DNA of 64,000 nt from Oculina patagonica. Its lineage: Eukaryota. The stretch lies in the NCBI RefSeq assembly GCF_052425735.1, contig NC_135759.1:22010001-22074000 (forward strand). Direction: 5' to 3'. The notes beneath the pieces are model-generated. The model worked only from the letters and a program-made list of their open reading frames with translations. It was not told where the DNA came from and ran no database searches. Below are positions 1 to 12,413 of this stretch, piece after piece. A program made the position numbers and the translations under genes. Position 1 is the stretch's first letter. Each line of letters starts with the position of its first letter.

Positions 1-3000
1 AACGTTAGCCCAGCAAGTAAGTTATATTATTAGCAACAAGAATGATTTAAAAGTTGTCACGGTCAGGCAACTGCAGATATATCAATGTCTGAAGATAAAA
101 GGTTACTGCACCTACAAACATGTTCAACTTTACCAGTCTCAGTCTATGGAATTAAGTTCAAAGTGTCTAAGATAAGAATCAATAAGGTAGCATAGCGTAC
201 AAGATTTGTTAGCTTAAGATACTCATGATGTTCCATGATACAATAAATAAAAAAAAGGGAAATAAGTGAAAAAATAATAGGAAAATGTAACTATTTACAT
301 AACAAATTTGCTTATAATCAGTTAATAATGAAGCAAATATGTCATTAACTCGAAAATTTGAAGTGCAGGGTTTTTGTCATCAATATTATTGACTTATTTG
401 TAGGTAAAAACTCGTCACTGGATGTAACAGGTAAATACCTATAAAATATATGCTTAATTCAGACTGATATGGTTGAAGGTAGTTTGGACATTCTGTGAAA
501 ATTTTATGAATTCCTGTAGGTAACTGATTTTGTGCAGTTACCTACAGGTTTTTCCATGCAGAGCTTGACTTCTAAAATCCATTTGAGATTGTTTTCACTG
601 AGGATGGTGATGATGATGGCCAACCAGATCATAACCGTGCCGCGAGGAGAATGACGAGAATGCGCGCGACTCGCGTGCCTCTCGAGTTGTTTTGTGGAAA
701 TTACGAAAGTAATATTTCTCATAAAAAATATACGTCAGTAACACTACAACAGCACAACAGGTCAAGAAAATCCATGTAAGATATTCTGTACAATATTTCA
801 TGTATAATAAGCATTGATTTTGATTGATTATGAGTGAATGTTTTGTCTACTACTTTCCGAAAACACTCGCCAATGACTTTTGTCACGACACTTTTTTCTG
901 TTTAAGAAAATTCCAATCTCGCTTTTTGTGTCGCATGTAAAAGTTCTCCGCCTTTGATACTTTATACTAACAATTACTTTTTTAGCTGCAGGCAATGGGA
1001 ACTCGTCACTGGATGCAGAAGGTAAGTCCAATGATCAAGTCGGTGCATACTGTGGGCGTGGTGACTGCTTTTAGTAATATCATGAAAACTGCTCTATTAC
1101 CATAATTGTTAAACTCTGATTACTTCTTTCTCAGTGCTTACCATGATGGTGCTATGAACATCCATTTCTAAATTTGTTTATGACCAATAAAGAGTGTAGA
1201 AGCAATAAAGTTTTGTACCTTTAAGAAATAGAAGGTTCTTAACTATGGTAAGTAACCCATCATGGGTTATTTAATTAGAAAATGAACTATTCATGTGCAT
1301 CAGACAGACATCGCCCAAAAGGTAGAGAATGTTAGATCTAAACCGGGTTAATAATTGCATTATCAGGAAACGTTTAATGTATATTTAGCTTAGCTTAGTT
1401 CCTTGCCCCCGGGTGGGGGATAGGGCCGGACATCAAAGCTCTCCATCTGTCCCTATTCTTGGCCACAGCTGCTCCTGCGGCCCACGATTTTAGTCCCAGC
1501 TCAGCGCGTTCCTTCTCCACGTGCACTGTTCTCCCCCTTTTTTTAATGTATATTTACTTCATTATGATTACTTTTTTCACGGACAGGCCAAAACCCAAAC
1601 GCGGGGGAGACAACAGTTATAAAGATCACTAAAGTTGTGCAAAGTAAGTAGATACACCTTTTATTTTCTTTATCTATGATAGAAAGCGCATACTATCCGA
1701 TATTCGAGTATATTTGATCACGGTCGTGAGCGGCTAAACTATGATTATATAAAGATTTAAAGTTGCATAATCCTTGCATTCAGAGATCACTTATAAGATA
1801 TAAACCATCAGAGGTATGGAGGAAATAGAATAATTGCAGCCCTATTTAAATGGGATCAGAAAGGCGAGACACTTACCCACTCGTGCGTATCGTGTTTACT
1901 AAACAGGGAGAAACAACAGATAGCATACTGCTTGACTGAAAAATCAGTAAGACTCCAAAATCTAAACGTTCAGTTGTATTTAGGAATGGTTCTTCATCGC
2001 CCGGAATGAACGGCGTATCAGCATATAAAGAACACATAAGAGACCAATGTAGGTTTGCATAAGTGACACCCAGGATACGTAAAACAAGAAACTATACAGA
2101 GCAGTTTAAAAAACTGAACACACGACAGGTCAAGAAGAAACGGGATAAGCATGTTTCTTTTTTTAAAAAAAAAAGCATTGTATATACAGGATTACAACAC
2201 ATTTTTGACACTGGACGAAATGGGCACCATTATTTCTGTAAGTCATGCTATGGTTGATTCTACAATATTGTAGTTTATATCGTTCTCTTATCTGACTCTA
2301 TGAGGTTGGAAACTTACTGCAACAGGCAAAAAACTAAATGAGTATTGGTTATAATTATAAGATGCAACAATAAAATAGTAATTCGGAATTTGTTGAATTT
2401 GAATTTATAGAATTTCCACAAGGAATGGGTCCGGCAACAAATGGATCAGGACAGCCAGGTGAGGGAGCAAAGGCGGCACCACCTGCTCCGCCAGGTATTT
2501 TATTTGTTATACCCTTTTAGTAAGATAAACAGGAATACAGAACAGATGTTTTGAAAAAATTAAAAGTCAAATCAGTTCCTACAGATTACATGACATTCTC
2601 ACTTTTTCAGGCCAAAACTAATTCCAGATCTTACTGAATTTTCGATCAAGATAGTTAAAGTAGTCGATGAATCAAAATAAGCCATTGGTGTTCTGTGTTC
2701 TTGTGAAGTTGGGCAGTGTTCTTGAAAAGTTGGGCAACAATGACTTTGCCGTTTTGTTTTTGCTGTTTTGATAAAATAATAATCTGGCTTGTTTAAATTT
2801 TTTCAGCAAACTGTAGGTTTTTACTCGAATGCGTAGATTTACTTTGCATTTTCTTTCTTCTGCAATTCATCATATTTCTTTGAGCCCGCCACAAACAGCT
2901 TGAATAAAATAATTTGTTCGCCTTTTTGCTCAAAAAATTGCTTCTTTTGTTTTTTGGTTTGATGTTGTTTCATTGTCGGACGACCAAAACAAAACTAAAT

Positions 3001-4018
3001 TAAACTAAATTATTTTTTCCATTTTTTGCGATTTCTTGATTTTTTTTTTATTTGAATACTATTAATATATTTCTTTTAAACTGTGACCAATTTCAAACTG
3101 AAACAAATTAAAATCAATTTTTGTTATTTTCGTTTGACCTCACACACGTTTGTACAACTGTCTTTAGCTCCCCCTCCGTTCCCATCTCCTCCGCCTCCTG
3201 CTCCAGCACCGCCCCCTCCGTTACCATCTCCTCCGGCAGTCCCTGGACCAACAGAGAGCTCACTAACTTGTGGAGTCAGAAAACCAAGCCGTATTGTTGG
3301 AGGCGAGGTCGCATACCCTGGTGCCTGGCCTTGGCAAACAGGACTAAAGCGTAATCCAGACGACATCATCTTTTGCGGGGCATCCCTGATAAACAAAGAA
3401 TGGGTCGTCACAGCGTCTCATTGCGTTTACGACATGCTCCGTTCAAACAAAGACACTGTGCTGATTGCTGTATTGGGTGAGTTTGACAAAGCCAACAAAG
3501 AAGAGCAAGAAATTTCGGTCAAAACAAAGAAGATCATCATGCATCCAAACTACGATCCTGAAAGTTTGGACTATGATATTGCCCTTATAAAACTGGAGAC
3601 GCCACTTCAAGACTTCAGCGTGTATATTCGCCCGGTCTGTGTGCCTGGCAGTGACGCCAAGTTTGACGAAGAATCGAAGTGTTACGTCACTGGATTCGGA
3701 AGAACACAGCAGGGCGGTGAGCTTGCGGGAATGCTGCGCATGGCCAAGATACCGCTGGTAAGCAAAGAAACATGCAAGCAGGCGTATGGTGAAAAGTTGA
3801 CGGAGCGCATGATCTGTGCAGGGTTTCCCAAAGGAGGAATAGACGCATGTCAAGGAGACAGTGGTGGACCGCTGAGCTGTTTGTACGAGGGGCGCTGGTA
3901 TCTGACCGGTGTTGTAAGCTGGGGTGTTGGATGCGCTCAGCCTAATGCTTATGGTGTCTATGCGAAAGTGCAGGAGCTAAAGGATTGGGTGGACAATACT
4001 ATGAAAGAGAATGAATAG
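1..4018 (+). CDS. CAP-domain/trypsin-like serine protease fusion gene, copy A (5'-truncated by window start); exons <1-16, 404-430, 986-1021, 1587-1643, 2411-2494, 3168-4018
   Basis: All exons have AG/GT boundaries and join in phase 1. The last exon encodes a Pro-rich hinge, the activation site CGVRKPSR|IVGG, and the triad motifs TASHC, DYDIAL and GDSGG with S1 Asp (GIDAC). Bases 1-16 equal the end of the CAP exon seen in copy B. AATAAA at 4127-4132. Confidence 0.85.
1388..1541 (-). mobile_element. 5'-truncated RTE-like LINE 3' fragment in intron (also 8329-8482 in copy B)
   Basis: 15-bp TSD TTTAATGTATATTTA (1373-1387 / 1542-1556). Minus strand reads EKERAELGLKSW...AKNRDRWRAL, typical of the RTE ORF C-terminus, followed by a (CTAAG)n tail. 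Confidence 0.75.
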
Positions 4019-4299
4019 ATACTTAATCGCTGTTTGTGATTAATGTTTAGAGGGATTACCGTAGGCTACAGTTGGAAGGAGGTCCTGAGTTGTTTGTAAA
4101 TGGAAGCCTCTTCTAAACAAGAATTGAATAAACGTCAAAGAAACCATTAAAGGTGTCCTATTTGTAAATCATGCTAGTTGGCAAATTTTGACCATAGCCT
4201 AAAAATGTCCCTTCAAAAAAAAAACTTCAATTGAACAACAGCTCTTTTTAAAGCCTTTCCTTTTTTGCCAAAAGGTGCCAATATGTGATAGTTCTTTAT

Positions 4300-4960
4300 T
4301 GAAGCTAAGGGGAAACAATACAAATCATTTTGAGGACCAGGTTAAACAATAGCAGTAACAACGGAGCTCAAGGGAAACAATAAAAATATTACCCTGCTCA
4401 GGAGAAACAACTGAAATCACTAATTCGATCGAGGCTAAACATAGCAACGAAAACCACAATGAGGCTTACAAGAAACAATAAAATTCCCAACGAGGTCATA
4501 GCTTAATCATTACGAGGCGCGGGCTGGTGTCAACAATGGAAATCACAACGAGAATAGAAACACTAAATGGGTCAGGAAAAACAATGGCTCAAGATACTGA
4601 AATCACCACGAGACTCCGAGAGACTAAGTTAGTCACTACGAGGCTCATGGGAAACTAAGAAAATCATTACGAGGGTTGGGGGGGGGGGACTGAGGAAATC
4701 ACTTTGACGCTCAGGGGAAACTATAGAAATCATTACGAGGCTCAGGGGGAAACTAAGAAAATCATTTCGAAGCTCAAAAAAACTATGGAAATTATTACAA
4801 GGCTCGGGGGAACTATAGAAGTCAGGCTTCGATGCTCACGGGGACTCTACGCGGTACTCTGGTCTTTCAGGAGAAAAAAAAGCATCTCTGCGAGGATCAG
4901 CGTAAACAATAGACGTCACTCGCTTCACTTGTGAAGTTCAGGGAAAACTAGAAAAATCAC
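4300..4960. repeat. Degenerate ~30-bp minisatellite (GAAATCACTACGAGGCTCAGGGGAAACTATA-like); second copy ~11350-12010
   Basis: Recurrent gaaatca[ct]tacgaggctca-gggaaac motifs; boundaries approximate. Confidence 0.6.
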
Positions 4961-5107
4961 TACGAAAGGGCAGGAAAGGATATAAATTCCACTTTCGCCA
5001 TCATGCAAATACATTTGTAGCATCACCAGTGATACCAAATAATTTGCCTTTGCCGCCTTTGTTCCTTGGCTACGATTTGCAAATTTTAAGGGGGCCCTCC
5101 ACACAAA

Positions 5108-5353
5108 GGCGCGGTGGCCTTGACCTAATGGTTAGTGCGCCGGACTCCGGATCGAGTGGTCCGCGTTTGAGCTCTGGCCGGGGTCACTGTGTTGTGTTCT
5201 TGAGCAAGACACTTTACTCTCATAGTGCCTCTCTCCACCCAGGTGTATAAATGGGTATTGGCTACATAAAGCTGGAAAGGGTGGAAGAAGAAATATTCCT
5301 AGCCGTTTAATGCTACGGAATAAGCTCCGGCAGTATGGGCCACTTGGCTTGGC
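5108..5353 (+). mobile_element. tRNA-derived SINE
   Basis: A-box/B-box-like head, core GTGTTCTTGAGCAAGACACTTTA, 13-bp TSD CCCTCCACACAAA (5095-5107 / 5354-5366). Confidence 0.8.
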
Positions 5354-6030
5354 CCCTCCACACAAACGAGTCGGTCTTGCGCGACTTGACTACTACAACT
5401 CTTCTACAACCCTATTGACTTATTTCCATTGTTTACTTTTCTATAATGAAAGCACTACCATGAGGTTTCATGCAATTTCAATACCAGTTTGCATGTTACA
5501 GAATCTCTTTACAACATAGCCTGCCTTAGTTTATCGAAGTGGGGCTAATTTATACTACACTGAATTCTAAACTACAAAACATAGGTAATCATGACTGTTT
5601 CTTTTCTTCGAGTTGTGTTGTAACATAGTAAAACATATTACCCTGAAGAAGATAATGCAAATCTGACTGCTAAATAATTCTGAAGTTAAACAAGCGTGTT
5701 AAGCTTCTCACTCACCCACCTGTGAAACTGTATTCATCTTGTGGCACAAGACAACCTCTATTTTCAATAATAAATAACCTCCGATCTAAAACCGACTAAA
5801 GGAAAGTAATGCGTTGAAAGGAAAGCTGAAATTTTGACATAAAGAGGATTATATTGCAAAATGCCTCGCTAGCTTCACGGAGACGAAGTAAACACCGTAT
5901 ATTTTATTTCGTTTTGAAGATCAACTATAGTAATCATTGATGATTTCTCTCCTCTTTTCTTCTTCCTCTAAAACAATAATGTTCTTACCCTTCTTCTGTT
6001 GGATCCAGTTGTAAACCCTTTGTCTTCACT

Positions 6031-6530
6031 NNNNNNNNNNNNNNNNNNNNNNNNNNNNNNNNNNNNNNNNNNNNNNNNNNNNNNNNNNNNNNNNNNNNNN
6101 NNNNNNNNNNNNNNNNNNNNNNNNNNNNNNNNNNNNNNNNNNNNNNNNNNNNNNNNNNNNNNNNNNNNNNNNNNNNNNNNNNNNNNNNNNNNNNNNNNNN
6201 NNNNNNNNNNNNNNNNNNNNNNNNNNNNNNNNNNNNNNNNNNNNNNNNNNNNNNNNNNNNNNNNNNNNNNNNNNNNNNNNNNNNNNNNNNNNNNNNNNNN
6301 NNNNNNNNNNNNNNNNNNNNNNNNNNNNNNNNNNNNNNNNNNNNNNNNNNNNNNNNNNNNNNNNNNNNNNNNNNNNNNNNNNNNNNNNNNNNNNNNNNNN
6401 NNNNNNNNNNNNNNNNNNNNNNNNNNNNNNNNNNNNNNNNNNNNNNNNNNNNNNNNNNNNNNNNNNNNNNNNNNNNNNNNNNNNNNNNNNNNNNNNNNNN
6501 NNNNNNNNNNNNNNNNNNNNNNNNNNNNNN
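6031..6530. other. Assembly gap (500 N)
   Basis: Run of N. Confidence 1.
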
Positions 6531-6812
6531 CTCTCTTTTTGAATTTCAAGTCTCTAAAACTTCACCGGAGACATTTTTTTAGTTTACTTTCTACCACATC
6601 GTAACGGATTCAGTTCCATGTTATATGGAATTTATGATAACAATTTCAAATTAATGAAACCGCTGTCGGCTCAAAACATTATCTTTAGTTAGGGTAATGA
6701 TTAGCTCAAACGTCATTTTAAGTTTAGATAACGCAATAAAGTTAAGGTAACGTTTTGCAACAAAATGTTATGTTAGATACAATTGTCCGCTCACGTCAAT
6801 GTTTCCATGTAG

Positions 6813-9800
6813 ATTGTATGGAAGTCTACAAGAGAACTTGGGGTGGGAAGTGCTCGCAGCGATGAACATGGGTTGATAGTGGTAGCACGATATAGTCCCA
6901 TGGGAAGTACAGGAGGACCTGCGGCTTTTCTTCAGAACGTTAGCCCAGCAAGTAAGTTATATTATTAGCAACAAGAATGATTTAAAAGTTGTCACGGTGA
7001 AGCAACTGCAGATGTATCAATGTCTGATGATAGAAGGTTACTGCACCTCCAAACATGTTCAACTTTACTAGTCTCAGTCTATGGAATTAAATATAAAGTG
7101 TCTGAGATAAGAATCAATAAGGCAGCATAGCGTACAAGATTTGTTAGCTTAAGGGATACTCATGATGTTCCATGATACAATAAATCAAAAAATAAATAAA
7201 TAAGTGAAAAAATAATAGGAAAAGGTAACTATTTACATAACAAATTTGCTTATAATCAGTTAATATTGAAGAAAATATGTCATTAACTCGAAAATTTGAA
7301 GTGCAGGGTTTTTGTCATCAATATTATTGACTTATTTGTAGGTAAAAACTCGTCACTGGATGTAACAGGTAAATACCTATAAAATATATGCTTAATTCAG
7401 ACTGATATGGTTGAAGGTAGTTTGGACATTCTGTGAAAATTTTATGAATTCCTGTAGGTAACTGATTTTGTGCAGTTACCTACAGGTTTTTCCATGCAGA
7501 GCTTGACTTCTAAAATCCATTTGAGATTGTTTTCACTGAGGATGGAGATGATGATGGCCAACCAGATCACACCCGTGCCGCGAGGAGAATGACGAGAATG
7601 CGCGCGACTCGCGTGCCTCTCGAGTTGTTTTGTGGAAATTACGAAAGTAATCAGTTTCTCATAAAAAATATACGTCAGTAACACTACAACAGCACAACAG
7701 GTCAAGAATATCCATGTAAGATATTCTGTACAATATTTCATGTATAGAGAGCATTGATTGTGATTGATTATGAGTGAATGTTTTGTCTAATACTTTCCGA
7801 AAACACTCGCCAATGACTTTTGTCACGACACTTTTTTCTGTTTAAGAAAATTCCAATCTCGCTTTTTGTTGTCGCATGTAAAAGTTCTCCGCCTTTGATA
7901 CTTTATACTAAAAATTACTTTTTTAGCTGCAGGCAATGGGAACTCGTCACTGGATGCAGAAAGTAAGTCCAATGACCAAGTCGGTGCACACTGTGGGCGT
8001 GGTGACTGCTTTTAGTAATATCATGAAAACTGCTCTATAACCATAATTGTTAGACTCTGATTACTTCTTTCTCAGTGCTTACCATGATGGTGCTATGAAA
8101 ATCCATTTCTAAATTTGTTTATGACCAATAAAGAGTGTAGAAGCAATAAAGTTTTGTATCTTTAAGAAATAGAAGGTTCTTAACTATGGTAAGTAATCCA
8201 TCATGGGTTATTTAGTTAGAAAATGAACCATTCATGTGCATCAGACATACATCGCCCAAAAGGTAGTGAATGTTAGATCTAAACCGGGTTAATAATTGCA
8301 TTACCAGGAAACGTTTAATGTATATTTAGCTTAGCTTAGTTCCTTGCCCCCGGGTGGGGGATAGGGCCGGACATCAAAGCTCTCCATCTGTCCCTATTCT
8401 TGGCCACAGCTGCTCCTGCGGCCCATGATTTTAGTCCCAGCTCAGCGCGTTCCTTCTCCACGTGCACTGTTCTCCGCCATATTTTAATGTATATTTACTT
8501 CATTATGATTACGTTTTTCACGGACAGGCCAAAACCCAAACGCGGGGGAGACAACAGTTATAAAGATCACTAAAGTTGTGCAAAGTAAGTAGATACACCT
8601 TTTATCTTCTTTATCTATGATAGAAAGCGCATACTGTCCGATATTCGAGTATATTTGATCGCGGTCGTAAGCGGCTAAACCATGATTATATAAAGATTTA
8701 AAGTTGCATAATCCTTGCATTCAGAGACCACTTATAAGACATAAACCATCAGAGGTATGGAGGAAATAGAATAATTGCAGCCCTATTTAAATGGGATCAG
8801 AAAGGCGAGACACTTACCCACTCGTGCGTATCGTGTTTACTAAACATGGAGACACAACAGATAGCATACTGCTTGACTGAAAAATCAGTAAGACTCCCAA
8901 AATCTAAACGTTCAGTTGTATTTAGGAATGGTTCTTCATCGCCCGGAATGAACGGCGTATCAGCATATAAAGAACACATAAGAGACCAATGTAGGTTTGC
9001 ATAAGTGACACCCAGGATACGTAAAACAAGAAACTATACAGAGCAGTTTAAAAAACTGAACACACGACAGGTCAAGAAGAAACGGGATAAGCATGTTTCT
9101 TTTTTTATAAAAAAAAAAAAAAAGCATTGTATATACAGGATTACAACACATTTTTGACACTGGACGAAATGGGCACCATTATTTCTGTAAGTCATGCTAT
9201 GGTTGATTATATCGTTTATATCGTTCTCTTATTCTGACTCTATGAGGTTGAAAACTTACTGCAGCAGGCAAAAAACTAAATAAGTATTGGTTATAATTAT
9301 AAGATGCAACAATAAAATAGTAATTCGGAATTTTTTGAATTTGAATTTATAGAATTCCCACAAGGAATGGGTCCGGCAACAAATGGATCGGGACAGCCAG
9401 GTGAGGGAGCAAAGGCGGCACCACCTGCTCCGCCAGGTATTTTATTTATTATACCCTTTTGGTAAGATAACCAGGAAAACAGAACAGATGTTTTGAAAAA
9501 CGGAACAATCAAATCAGTTCCTACAGATTACATGACATTCTCACTTGTTCAGGCCAAAACTAATTCCAGATCTTACTGAATTTTCGATCAAGATAATCAC
9601 GCAAAGGGTCGATGATCCATGGCCATTGGTTCATGTTCTTGGAAAGACAGGATGCCTCTCTTTTCCTTTTGAAAGATGGGACAACAAAATACAATGCTAC
9701 AGAAGAGCAACGAAAATATATACTTGATTCGTCTCTAAATTCTTTGTATATTGAAATTACAGGCTACAGCTGCATGTGTCTAGGTTGCTTGAAAATGACT

Positions 9801-11065
9801 TTGCTGTAATTGCTTCAGTTTTGCAATCGTCAATAAATAATCCCTTTTTCGAGATATTTCATCAAATTCGACGTTTTATTCGAATGCGTAGATTTACTCT
9901 GGATGTTCGTTTTTTTGCAATTCATCCTATATTTCTTTGAGCTCTCAACAAACATCTTGAATGTAATTGTCTGTAATTTGCTAAAAATGTTTTGTGGTTG
10001 TTTTTCTGTTTGCTGTTGTTGTTTTTGTTGTACGGTGGTCAGGCAACCAAGACAAAACTTGACAAAATTGTCTGCTTCCATTATTTTTCTTTCTTAATAT
10101 TTTTGAATGCAATTACTTTCAAAGTATGTTACAAATTTCAAATCGAAACTAATTTACACCAAGATTTGTCACATTCGTTTTACCTCACTAACACGTTTGT
10201 ATAACTGTCTTTAGCTCCGCCTCCTGTTTCAGCTCCGCCCCCTCCGTTACCATCTCCTCCGCCCCCTGCACCAGCTTCTCCGGCAGTCCCTGGACCGACA
10301 GAGAGCTCACTAACTTGTGGAGTCAGAAAACCAAGCCGTATTGTTGGAGGCGAGGTCGCATATCCTGGTGCCTGGCCTTGGCAAACAGGACTAAAGCGTA
10401 ATCTAGACGACATCATCTTTTGCGGGGCATCCCTGATAAACAAAGAATGGGTCGTCACAGCGTCTCACTGCGTTTACGACATGCTCCGTTCAAACAAAGA
10501 CACTGTACTGATTGCTGTATTGGGTGAGTTTGACAAAGCCAACAAAGAAGAGCAAGAAATTTCGGTCAAAACAAAGAAGATCATCATGCATCCAAACTAC
10601 GATCCTGAAAGTTTGGATTATGATATTGCCCTTATAAAACTGGAGACGCCACTTGAAGACTTCAGCGTGTACATTCGCCCCGTCTGTGTGCCTGGCAGCG
10701 ACGCGAAGTTTGACGAAGAATCGAAGTGTTACGTCACTGGATTCGGAAGAACACAGCAGGGCGGTGAGCTTGCGGGAATGCTGCGCATGGCCAAGATACC
10801 GCTGGTAAGCAAAGAAACGTGCAAGCAGGCGTATGGTGAAAAGTTGACGGAGCGCATGATCTGTGCAGGGTTTCCCAAAGGAGGAATTGACGCATGTCAA
10901 GGAGACAGTGGTGGACCGCTGAGCTGTTTGTACGAGGGGCGCTGGTATCTGACCGGTGTTGTAAGCTGGGGTGTTGGATGCGCTCAGCCCAATGCTTATG
11001 GTGTCTATGCGAAAGTGCAGGAGCTAAAGGACTGGGTGGACAATACTATGAAAGAGAATGAATAG
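6813..11065 (+). CDS. CAP-domain/trypsin-like serine protease fusion gene, copy B (5' part lost in gap); exons 6813-6951, 7342-7368, 7927-7962, 8528-8584, 9353-9436, 10215-11065
   Basis: Exon 6813-6951 encodes IVWKSTRELGVGSA...VVARYSPMG...FLQNVSP (C-terminal half of a CAP domain). It is linked in frame by phase-1 exons to an intact trypsin domain (IVGG, TASHC, DYDIAL, GDSGG). Confidence 0.87.
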
Positions 11066-12154
11066 ATACTTAATCGATGTTTGTGATTAATGTTTAGAGG
11101 GATTACCGTAGGCCACAGTTGGAAGGAGGTCCTGAGTTGTTTGTAAATGGAAGCCTTTTCTAAACAAGAATTGAATAAACGTCAAAGAAACCATGTCCAT
11201 AAAAGGCGTCCTATTTGTAAATTATGCTAGTTGGCAAATTTTGACCATAGCCTAAAAATGTCCCTTCAAAAAAAACTTCATCTGAACAACAGCTTTTTTT
11301 AAAGCCTTTCCTTTTGTGCCAAAAGGCGCCTATATGTGATACTTCTTTATTGAAGCTAAGGGGAAACAATACAAATCATTTTGAGGACCAGGTTAAACAA
11401 TAGCAGTAACAACGGGGCATTTTCGAAACAATAAAAACATTACCCTGCTCAGGAGAAACAACTGAAATCACTAATTCGATCGAGGCTAAACATAGCAACG
11501 AAAACCACAATGAGGCTTATAAGAAACAATAAAATTCCCAACGAGGTCATAGCTTAATCATTACGAGGCGCGGGCTGGTGTCAACAATGGAAATCAAAAC
11601 GAGAATAGAAACACTAAATGGGTCAGGAAAAACATTGGCTCAAGATACTGAAATCACCACGAGACTCCGAGAGACTAAGTTAGTCACTATAAGGCTCATG
11701 GGAAACTAAGAAAATTATTACGAGGGTTGGGGGGGACTGAGGAAATCACTTTGACGCTCAGGGGAAACTATAGAAATCATTACGAGGCTCAGGGGGAAAC
11801 TAAGAAAATCATTTCGAAGCTCAAAAGACTATGGAAATTATTACAAGGCTCGTGAGAACTATAGAAGTCAGGCTTCGATGCTCACGGGGACTTTGCGCGG
11901 TACTTTGGTCTTTCAGGAGAAACAAAAAGCATCTCTGCGAGGATCAGCGAAACAATAGACGTCACTCGCTTCACTTGTGAAGTTCAGGGAAAACTAGAAA
12001 AATCACTACGGAAGGGCAGGAAAGGATATAAATTCCACTTTCGCCATGAGGCAAATACATTTGTAGCATCACCAGTGATACCAAATAATTTTTCTTTGCC
12101 GCTTTTGTTCCTTGGCTACGATTTGCAAATTTTTCAGGGGGCCCTCCACACAAA

Positions 12155-12413
12155 GGCGCGGTGGCCTTGGCCTAATGGTTAGTGCGCCGAACTCCGGATC
12201 GAGCGGTCCGGGTTCGAAGTCTGGCTGGGGTCATTGTGTTGTGCTCTTGAGCAAGACACTTTACTCTCATAGTGCCTCTCTCCACCCAGGTGTATAAATG
12301 GGTATTGGCGACATAAAGCTGGGAAGGGTGGGAGAAGAAATATTCCTAGCTGCTTAATGCTACGGAAACCGGAATAAGCTCCGGTAGTATGGGCCACTTG
12401 GGTCGAGGCTTCC
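12155..12413 (+). mobile_element. tRNA-derived SINE (same insertion as 5108-5353)
   Basis: Same sequence and same TSD CCCTCCACACAAA. Confidence 0.8.

Noticed and set aside
3083-3167. N-terminal part of the 311-aa ORF as a stand-alone protease start
   Set aside because: Non-ATG start in intron sequence; not conserved in copy B, where only the sequence after the TTTAG acceptor is open.
4300-4960. Repeat array as CRISPR-like
   Set aside because: Eukaryotic context; degenerate tandem units without unique spacers.
5968-6604. ORFs spanning the N run
   Set aside because: Artefacts of the assembly gap.
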